Of a stretch of DNA of 64,000 nt, positions 53,574-64,000 are shown one piece after another; positions within the stretch are counted from its first letter, which is position 1; each line of letters begins with the position of its first letter. Source of the DNA: Octopus vulgaris (taxonomy: Eukaryota). The stretch is taken from assembly GCA_951406725.2 (NCBI GenBank), contig OX597827.1, positions 44,826,001-44,890,000 of the forward strand. The letters run 5' to 3'. The notes beneath the pieces are model-generated. The model was not told the origin of the DNA. It did no database searches and saw only the letters and a program-made list of their open reading frames with translations. The position numbers and the translations under genes were made by a program.

Positions 53574-53622
53574 GTGTATGTATGCACAAGGTTAAGTTTT
53601 GTGTTGCTAGTGCATATATGAG

Positions 53623-53653
<31 letters not shown>

Positions 53654-54412
53654 GTGTATGTATGCACAAGGTTAAGTTTGCATGTGAGTGTGTACATGTG
53701 AGACAGAGCAAGAAAGAAAGAAAGAAAGAGATGGGGTCAATAACTAGCTGTGACAACAGTTGCTGTGGAAACAGCAAAGGGGACACACATACACACCAAA
53801 CAAACATTTTAAAGAACCAGAAATTATTAGGCTGGAAGGCAACACCACACCACAAATTGTTCAAACCTAACTGCCAACCCAACCCAACCCAACCCAATCC
53901 AACCCCATCCAACCCAACCCAATCCAACCCAATCCAACCCCACCCAAGCACACAGTTTTCCTCTCACTCCTCTCTACCTTTCTATCTCCTCTATTCCGCC
54001 CCCTTTTTTTTTCTTGTTGCTGTTCACCTTCTTTTTCACTGCCTCACTATTTCTCTCTCAAATGTCTACTTACCAAATCCGCTTCTCCTCTTCCCTCTCT
54101 CTTCCCCAACATACTCTGCTATCTAAATATTTCCACATGTAACAATGCACTATACCATACAACCATGACTCCTGATTATATATATATATATATACACACA
54201 TATATATTCACTTATTTATTCGTTTATTTGTTTCAGTCATTTGACTGTGGCCATGCTGGAGCACTGCCTTTAGTCGAACAAATCGACCTTAGGACTCATT
54301 CTTTGTACTTATTTGTACTTATTCTATCCGGCTCTTTTGCCGAACCTCTAAGTTATGGGGACATAGACACACCAACATCGGCTGTCAAGAGCTGTTGGTG
54401 GGGCAAACACAA

Positions 54413-54448
<36 letters not shown>

Positions 54449-55574
54449 CCATATATACAACAGGCTTGAATACTAATAGGTTAAAACAAGTGAATGTTAT
54501 TGTTCGACACTAGGTCTGCATTGACCAATCAGAATTAGGATCAACAGCTTTCCAGCCATGACTATTCCATTTCTAAGAGTCAAGTATCATGTATCTTTTG
54601 TCTTTTACTTAGTTTCAGTCACTAGACTGCGGCCATGCTGGGGCACCACCCTGAATAATTTTAGTCAAATGAATCAACACCAGACTTCTGTTTCTTTTTT
54701 TTCTTTTTTTAAACCTTGTATTTATTCTATCAGTCTCTTCTGCTGTGCTGCTAAGTTACAGGGTGTAAACACACCAACAACAGTTGTCAAGTATGGTGGG
54801 GGACAAACATGCACACACAGGGCATAAACACACAAACAACAGTTGTCAAGTGGTTGTTGAGGGCAGACACAGACACACACACACTTGCATGCTCATACAC
54901 ACACACATATTTATACATATATACGACAGGCTTCTTTCAGTTTCCATCTACTAAGTCCACTCACAAGGTTTTGGTCTGCCTCAGGCTATAGTAGAAGACA
55001 CTTGCCCAAAGTGCTATGCAGTAGGTCTGAATCTGCAATCACATGCGTAGGAAGAAAACTTCTTACCACACAGCCACACCTTCACCTATCTTATTTAAAG
55101 CAACCCTCTAATCACATGATCACTACCACCATAATGCCAAACCACCCACTGCTGTATGTCTTACCTTATTCAACCCTTCAGCATTCGAATTTCTTTATCA
55201 AATGTAATGTTTATTTGTTCTCATTCTTTAAATTTATCATGCATTGTCTTGTAGCTTTCAAATTTCAATGATGCGATTGTTTAGTTTTGGAATGGCATTG
55301 TAGGGTAGGTGTGAGAGATCAGATCTGCCCTGTTTGAACATAAAGGATGTAGAATATTTGGACCTGATATGACTGGTTTAAATGTTAAAGGGTTAAAACT
55401 GTAAGTTGGGTTTGATCTGTGAGAGATTTAGTTTCTATGTCTAGCTTATCACGCAACCACAGAGAGCCCCTTACACTTGTTTTATATTGTTTGGCATTGA
55501 TATGTGTATGGGTAGGGAGAAAGGGTTTTTCTTTTTTTTTGTATACTTGCTGTTAGGAACCCTCGTCCTCTCTC

Positions 55575-55975
55575 TCGTCATCCCCCACTGGAGCAAGGCC
55601 TTTTCCATTTTGTCTGCTAGAGCCACGAGAAATGATTGTATTATGAGAAGCAAGATTTTCCAAAATTATTTCAAATCATCGTCTTTGGCTTCATCTCGTA
55701 TCTGAGAATTTATTTTCTTCTCTGCCGAACACTTCCTTTATGCTGATGCTGTTGATGACTCTCTAGACCTATTCTTGCATAGAAGAAAGAGTCAATGGCA
55801 TTGCCTGCATGGCAATGTCCGTGGCAGACAAGTTTGATTTTGTCAACCCTTTCTCTCCTATCATTTGATTTCTTCCTTTGCACTTTTGGTAGCATCATAG
55901 TTTTTAGTTCTGATGGCGATAGAACACCACCACTTGGTACAGTCTCAAGCTTGTGTTTCAAACAATTTAGGCTCA
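55575..55975 (-). pseudogene. Possible decayed hAT (Ac/ZBED-like) transposase fragment
   Basis: Minus-strand pieces LKHKLETVPS...ELKTMMLPKV...ERVDKIKLV...DSF and ALADKMEKALLQWGM loosely resemble hAT segments (PS......IP.....V...L...DS ... IA..L...L..WGI); stops and frameshifts present. Confidence 0.3.
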
Positions 55976-57027
55976 ATCCAAATTAAAGGCAGTGTGTTTC
56001 ATTTATACAAATTTCCTAGAAAGATGAGAATACATATTTAAAACAAAAAATTACAACTACTCTGATTTTCATAAATAATGTTAAAATCTTATCGTCTGGC
56101 CTGGCCTTGAATCAGTAGACAGACCTACAGCACTGTATCATGTTGCTAAGCCAAGAATCAAGAAAGTGCTCAAGATATGGAGGTACCATATTTGCTCTGT
56201 GTGAATATTCGCTGGTACAGTCAATGCATGCACCACCGTTCCACAATACCCACACACACACATACATGCAAATACACTCAAACCCTTACACACACAAACA
56301 CACACAAATACCCTCAAACCCTTACACATACATACATACACAGTTACCTACTCCCACCACCTCCACAATCACCTCTCTTTCTATTCCCCTTTTCTCTCCT
56401 TGTTGATTTGCTGTTAAGTCAGCACTGAACTACTTATTGTATGCTGTAGATTTGCTTTTTATGTTTGTTTTTATACAGGTTGTGGGGGAGGGGTTGGGGT
56501 AGCGGCAGTGATAGTGATGATGGTGATAGTGGTGGTGGTGGTGTCAGAGGTAATGGGTGTACTAACTGTGGTATTGGTAGTGATGTTAGTTATGAATGGT
56601 GGCGGTTATGGTAATGAGCAGTAGTGTCAGAGAGATTTAACTGCTATTTCTAGCCAGTCGAACGACCATGTAGTGGTTCCATCATTGAAGGCGTGGGGGC
56701 GGGGGAAGGCCTGGTGATTAAGATAGTTTTCATACAGAGGTGGTGGTAGTGTTGGTGGATGTGGCAGCAGTGAGTGTGTATATGATTGCACAAGTGTGCG
56801 TTTGTGTGTGTGTGAGAGAGAGAGAAAGTGTGTGTGTGTGTGTGTGTGTTGAACTTATAACACCCTGTCTGCCAAGCGGTTATTTTACTTTGCCCTTCTT
56901 TGACATATCAACTGTTATAAAAACTAATGAAGGGAGATAAATCACACACCTTGGATTAGCAAAAACAAAAACAAAAAAACCCACAAATTTCTTCATACAG
57001 TTGTGTATAATAATATACATGTGCACA

Positions 57028-57064
<37 letters not shown>

Positions 57065-57662
57065 CTGGAAGTGGGAATTTTCTTCTTTCTTTTCTTTCCT
57101 TTTGATTTATGTCAGTTACTCAATGCTATTGTTCTGTATGTCAGATATATATATATATATACATACACACACATACACACATATATACACACACACACAC
57201 ACACACACTCACACACATGGTTGCTGTTATTACTACTCTTGCTGTCTCCAGGTATTACCAATTCTAATCATTTGGTGCCTGTGGTGGTGATGGTGGTGGT
57301 GATTGCAGATAGATTGAAGAGAGAGAAATGAAAGCAGGTGGACATCATAGAAAGGTGGTGGCTGTGGGGGGGAGATGGGGGAACAACAGATTGGTGTTGT
57401 TGTAGTTGTTGTTGTTTTATCTATCTATTAAACCCATAAGGAAGGAAAAGAAAACTCCACCAGGTGTGTGACAGAAGGGGAGGGTGTGCACATGTGGTGG
57501 TGGTGGTCAAGGATGGAGTGAGGTAAGGGAAGAAAAAAGAAAATAAGTCTCTTCATACAATTTACCTGGTTGTTATGGCAGTGTCTTAAGTAACAAAAAC
57601 TTCTCTCTCTTTCTTTCTCTGCTTCTCTTTCTACCTCTCTCTCTCTCTCTCTCTCTTTCTCT

Positions 57663-57866
57663 CCCTTAATTAGACAAAGCAGAAGAAAAAGGGTAGTTTC
57701 ACCCCCACAGCTCCCTTTCCATTCCTCTGTCTGTCTCTCTATCTGCCTCTCTTTCCCTCTGCCTCTTTCTCTTCCTCTCTCTGTCTCTCTCTACCTCTTT
57801 CTCTCTTTCTCCCCCTTCTCTCTTAATTAGACAAAGCAGAAGAAAAAAGGTGGTTTCACTCCCACC
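57663..57866. repeat. Direct duplication of a ~43-bp unique block separated by (CT)n
   Basis: cttaattagacaaagcagaagaaaaa(g/a)ggt(a/g)gtttcac at ~57664 and ~57823. Confidence 0.8.
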
Positions 57867-58339
57867 CTACAACTCTCCATTCCTTCCTTCCTTTCCATGT
57901 CAGACAAGATCCCCCTCCTCAAGATCAGAAAGTTAGAATATGTATAGGAAAATTATCAATGTGTGTGTGTGTGTGATAGGTATATAATTACCCAGTTTTC
58001 ACTTTTATTATTGGTCTTTGTTTAATTTTCAAACAGGAAGTAGAACTCTAGTCAATGCCTGTTCCTACATTCGACCCCTCCACCACCACTACTACCACTT
58101 CATTTATTTTTATTTTTATTTTTTTGTTTTTTTTGTGTGTGGGTGGAGGGAGTAGAGGCCATTGTTTTTCTTTCTTTTCCCTTGTTCCTTGTGTTGTGTG
58201 TTAATCTTCTTCCTCTGGTAAGTCAGATCACCTAACAAACACACACACACACACACACAAGGCAGCAACTTCAGTAGATGCAATTAAGACAACCTGTTTA
58301 ACAGCTTGGCTTCTCCAAAAATGAAAATGGCTTTGCCTA

Positions 58340-58847
58340 AACAAACAAAAGTAAAGGTATGAATGAGGACAGCTGCATAAAGAAGGGCCCAGAGCTCTAA
58401 TTGTGGAGAGTACCTGAGCTCTAATTGTAGAGGGTACCTGTGGAAGGAGTAGACCCAGGAAGACAGGAGATCTTCAGACACTGGGTCTCACTGAGGAAAT
58501 GACAAGGGGCCAGGAGATGTGGCAATTTGCTGTCTTTGATAAGACATGTCAAGCTAAGTAAAATCGCTGTCTTCCACACATACAAGCTTGTCCTTTCAGT
58601 GACGGGTGCCACATAAAAAGCACCCATGCCAGTGTTGCATGAATGCACCCGTGCCATTGGCACGTAAAAAACACCCAGCACACTCTGTTAAGCTGTTGGT
58701 GTCAGGAAGGGCATCCAACTGCAGAAACCATCCATGCCCCAACAGACAATTGGAGTCTGGTTAGCTCTGAGCTGGCGAGCTCCATATCAAACCATCCAAC
58801 CCATGCCAACATGGCAAGCAGATGTTAAACAATGATGATGATGATGA
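58340..58847 (+). mobile_element. Old decayed RTE 3' end
   Basis: Translates as ...LIVEGTCGRSRPRKT..DLQTLGLTEEMT...W.FAV, followed by the RTE tail and (GAT)n; includes a 24-bp duplication gagctctaattgt(g/a)gag(a/g)gtacct. Confidence 0.7.
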
Positions 58848-60959
58848 TTTTTGCTCTGATTTCTAAAGAAAAACCAATCTCTGCTGTGTGTAAATTAATG
58901 ACACCTATTTTAACAATGAGGGAACTCCTGCTACATGGTTTGCTTGACCTGCTAAAAATAACAACTGAATTCTCTTCACTGAAAAAATTACACCTGAATT
59001 CCTTTAAAAGTGGTAGGACACACATTGGATAAAGTAGTTCCTGGTTACCCTATATCTCTGCAAGGAAAAGACGAGGTAATCACAACGGAAGCATCTTTGA
59101 TCATAGATCTGGAACAACATTAACTATTTTGTTATCCACTTCCTGTTGAAATGCATTACTTTCATTTCAATTTATTTCAAAAATTACAAAGAATTTACTA
59201 AAATAGCTTTGTCAATTATTAAGCTGTTTTTTTTTGTGTGTTTTTTTTTGTTGTTTTTTTTAACATAAATTAACATGGAATTTTGATGAAAGGTTTTAAT
59301 TTAGATTATTTTAAATTGGGAAGTTTTTATCATAGAATCAAGGGAGATCTTTTGCAGGTTGATAGTGAAAGGGTTAATAGCAATCATGGACTAGTAATAT
59401 CAACATTTAATTTAGAAAATTAAACGATTGTGTTTTGTTTGCTTTTGTCTTAATCACGTTTTATTGTATTCACTGATTGAGTCTCTCTGGGATCTATTGT
59501 TTAAGGTAAGAGCAAAACTGATGTGTCTTCTTCATACATCTGCATACAAATTGGATTTTGATAGTAAGAATTTCTAGCATTCCATTTCCTTTCCAGAGGA
59601 GCTTAATGATAGCTGACATTTTGCCAACTTTGGAGGGTTCTTTTTTTAGCCCTAACTTCAAGAAACCATTGACTTCAGCTATTTCTGTTTCCTTCACCAA
59701 CAGCCATCATCATCATTATCATAATTTAATATTGATCTTCCACGCTAGTACAAATTAGATACTTTGATAGAATCCGGTAAGCTTGGAGGACTGCTCCAAG
59801 CTCTAATGTCTGCCTACTTTGGTATAGTTTCTATGGTGGGATGTCCTAAACACATATTTGCACTTTATTTTTATTTATTGAGTTCTTTGCCTTCAATTGT
59901 AGTTCTTTCAGTCTGTGCAGTATTGATATGATAGATTGAACCTCTGCACTATGGATGCCACATGTGTAATCCAGAGGTTTTATGCCATAGATGCTGTCTG
60001 TATGCCTGAAATATTTCTTCCGAGTCACAGAGGTTCACTTAGAGCAGAAAAGGTAACCTTTATGTTACAATAGACATAGGATGTAATTCAAAGACAGTTT
60101 GGCTGCTATTTCTAACAGATAAAGCAACAATGCTTTATCTGTTAGATCCAAATCACACAAAAATTACACTCTACTATCTTCAAAAATAAAAGGGAAATGT
60201 TGAATAATCTAGGATACACTATGTCTGGTTGGATGGTCATGGCTGGCAACCTTTGATCCTCATTAACTAGGATCTAAGTAACTGCGACACTGTTGGAAGC
60301 CACTATGAGTCACCATGCAGCCTTTGCTAGATATAGCAGTTAAATCTCAAACCACACCTTACTGTCAAAAGGACAGAACTCATAGCTTAATGTAGTCTTG
60401 GATATAATATTTCTGCAGGTAACAAGGTGATAGTCATGACTGGAATGCCTTTGGCTATAGATGTGTTGCATCTGGGCTAACAATAACAATTAGCATGCTG
60501 CCAATATTTTACTAAATTTTACCAAAATTTTCATTAAATTTAAAATGAATAATACGTAGACAATGTCTGTTCCTGTTAGAAATATCATCAAAGGATTAAT
60601 GTTCTCACCTGCCACAGACTCTACATGATAGGAATATCCGTTTGATATATTCATATATCATTACAGTCCATACATCAATAGATATGATATATCTTGTAAT
60701 ATTATTAATATATTTTATGTATTCTATTAAACATCAATATATAGGTTATATATTATAATATCAAAATAATATCAATATATATATATGTTACAAATTGTAA
60801 TATCATATATATTAATGTATATGCTATATATTGCAATATCAAGCATCTGTGTGTGTGTGCGTGTGTGTGTGTGTGCATGTATTCTTTTATTCTTTTACTT
60901 GTTTCAGTCATTTGACTGCAGCCTTGCTGGAGCACATACGTATATATGACCATTCCTAA

Positions 60960-60994
<35 letters not shown>

Positions 60995-61023
60995 TGATAA
61001 AACGGTAAGATAACAAAAGAAAG

Positions 61024-61058
<35 letters not shown>

Positions 61059-61060
61059 TA

Positions 61061-61413
61061 CTAGCAGTATTGCCCGGCATTGCTCAGGTTTGTCTCAACC
61101 CTTTAGAATTGGAATTTTTGAAAAGTAAAAATTTTGCATTATGTAGCTTGTTATTCTCTTTAAGTGAACATTTTCCTGGTTGAAATACACCGAAAAATGG
61201 CAACACAGCAGTCAAAAAATCGTAAAAAGTAGGGATTTTCATAGAAAAAAAGCACCTTTTTGATGTAAATAATTTTTGGTGTTAACATGGTCCGATTTGA
61301 ATTTTATCTTCTACAGAAGGAAGAACAAGCCATCTTCTATCATACTTACAATTTTGGTCAACTTGCAGTGTTAGTTAAAGGCTACCAAACCTGCCACACA
61401 GAGACAACTTCAG

Positions 61414-61456
<43 letters not shown>
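61061..61456 (-). mobile_element. Non-autonomous Helitron, with a partial second copy at ~61735-61931
   Basis: Minus-strand 3' end cctgagcaatgccgggcaatactgCTAG|T (hairpin plus CTAG); 5' end TC(TA)n aagctgaagttgtc. About 190 bp recur at 61735-61931. Confidence 0.65.
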
Positions 61457-61488
<32 letters not shown>

Positions 61489-63059
61489 AATGTCAAACAG
61501 TTTGTGTATTATATGTTGTAATAACAAGCATCTGTGTATGCATGTTATACATTGTAACAGCAAACAACAATACACACACTCATATATGTTATTCTCTTTG
61601 CAACATTTACTGATAATTTCTCTTTCTCCTATTCTCTAAGTAAATGTGAGTAGCCTGTACAAGAACCTGCACTTACCATACCTGCTTCTCTTAGCTTAAC
61701 CTCTCATTCCTTAGCATGAAGGTGGCTCTCCAACACCTTTTTGATGTAAATAATTTTTGGTGTTAACATGGTCCAATTTGAATTTTATCTCCTACGGAAT
61801 GAAGAGCAAGCCTTCTTCTATCATACTCCCAATTTTGGTCAACTTGTGCCACAGGGTCTTGGAGGAGATCGTGTTAGTTGCAGGCTACCAAACCTGCCAT
61901 ACACAGACAACTTCAGCTTTACATAGAGAGAGATTAAGTAGAGGTAGGTGGAAACTAAGTGGAAGCCCATGAAGTTGATTGTATCTGTAAATCAGCCATA
62001 TCTCTGATTTTGCAACCCTTTAGCATTTAAACCTGTTGTATCCAGCCTAAATATTCCCCTTGCATTATGTTCAAACTAGCCTCTCACACTTACCCTACAA
62101 TGTCCTTTCTGAATATAAACAATCGCATCATTAAAAATTTGAAGCTGCAAGATAATTTATGATTGATTGAAAGCGATGTGAATAAATAAGCATTTTATTT
62201 GACAGATTGCTTTGAATGATTAAAGGGTTAGGCTCAGAAGTAGATGCGCCTGTGGAATAGTAATGCTCTGTTATATGCACTATAATTCATCGTTGTATCC
62301 GACTGAGGATCCATTAGACGTGCATTCATTTGTTCATGTGGGAGTTGCAGTGGTTTGTATGTTTGTGTGTGTGTGTGTGTGTATGTGTGCGTGTGATCGT
62401 TTTTTTTTTTAAACAATAAGAAATCATTTAAAAAAAAAGATAAGCAATATTACATTTCTCTTTCTTTCCTGCGCCCCCTACTTTCATTTTCTCTTTCTCT
62501 GTCTGTCTGTCTGTCTCTATCTCTCTCTCACACTTGCCCTCTTTCTTTCCTCCCACCTTCTAATCAACCTATCTCTCACCATCTTACACAACATTGTGCT
62601 TGGCTGTCTCTGTAAGCACTCACCACCATCACCACCACCACCAACACCACCACCACCACCACCACCACCTACTCCCCACCCCACCGCCTCTGCCATGACC
62701 AAGCACTCTCTAATCAAGAATTAATTTTAATTACCATATCTTCCAAATACTTCTCTAATCAATGAGTCTGAATTAACTTCTCCCCGACAACAACAGATTC
62801 TATTTCCGTAAACTTTCCTCTTCTTTTTTTTTCCTTTTTTGTTGTTGTTGTTATATAATTTTATTGTTTTTATCTTTTTTATCTAATATCTTTTTATTTT
62901 TTTGTTAATGCTTCCACCTACCTCCTCCTCCCCTCTCTCCTTTCTTTCCTCGTCTTCGTTTCTGTTATCATTAATTCTAGATTCATTTACATATTACAAT
63001 CTAATTCTGCAAAGTTTTTCAAAAATGGTAATTGAAAACAAAAAGAAACAAAACTATAT

Positions 63060-63167
<108 letters not shown>

Positions 63168-63390
63168 TGTATGGAAGATTGAAACATGTGATAGATCAAA
63201 ATTATTATCAGTAATAGTGGTGCTAGTACAAATAGAAAGAATTATCGTTGTTATTATTATTATTATTATTACTATTTCACAGGAAGGAAAAGAAGAAGAG
63301 AGGAAGGACAGCAAGATGTGAGAGAGAGAGTTGTAGGTGGGTGGGGGTGGGGGCAGCAGAGACAGACAGAGAAGACTATTATTATTATTA

Positions 63391-63421
<31 letters not shown>

Positions 63422-63478
63422 CATCACTACTTCTACTATTATTTGATAAAAACCATTTAGGTTTCAGTCAAATCTCTT

Positions 63479-63522
<44 letters not shown>

Positions 63523-64000
63523 ACTCTTTCTCTCTCTCTCTCTCTCAACTTGTTAGTATTCACAACACAAATGGCGTTTGATATTCTGATATATTCATAT
63601 AGAGTCATGTATCTTGTTCAAGGTTTAACTTGTTAGCAATCATAATCTAAATGGCTGTTAGATGTTGCTACATTTCTACAGCGAAGAATAATATGTCTTG
63701 TCTCAGATTTAACAGCTTAGCTTTCATTATACTTATACTTCAAGATATTGCAATGTATTCATTTAGAGTGGAGTGGTGTGTCTTGCCTAAGGTTTAATTC
63801 TTTACTGCTTGTGACACTGATTATGTTAGCTATCTTTTACTCATTTTGGTCATTAGACTGCAGCCATGTTGGGGCACTGCCTTGAAAGGTTTTAGTTGAA
63901 CAAATCGACCCCAAGACGTATGTCACTTTTGCCGAACTGCTAAGCTATGGAGATGTAAACACACCAACACAGGTTGTCAAGCACTGGTAGGGGACAAACA

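Overview
This is AT-rich eukaryotic DNA saturated with microsatellites. Its repeat repertoire ((TA)n/(CA)n/(CAT)n tracts, tRNA-headed SINEs, RTE tails ending in (GAT)n, TTAA-type MITEs) looks like a coleoid cephalopod genome, probably Octopus; that assignment is inference. The only host coding sequence I can support is one 186-nt internal exon of MAEA (CTLH/GID E3 ligase subunit) at 27103-27288 (+), so most of the window is probably very long MAEA intron. Nearly all ORFs in the supplied track are simple-repeat artefacts. Real mobile-element coding remnants are a 5'-truncated RTE LINE with an intact RT frame containing a PHD-type finger, two Penelope-like GIY-YIG C-termini, a CR1 tail and a possible hAT transposase relic. 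Non-autonomous Helitrons and piggyBac-, hAT- and mariner-type MITEs are also present, often nested. The most notable layer is a set of type-I hammerhead-ribozyme folds and fold-back inverted duplications associated with Penelope-like ends in (TA)n. It includes a tRNA-headed (Pol III) element carrying a hammerhead-like motif and a Penelope-style inverted 5' duplication, a candidate Penelope-dependent SINE. All structures were read by eye; none were computed or searched.
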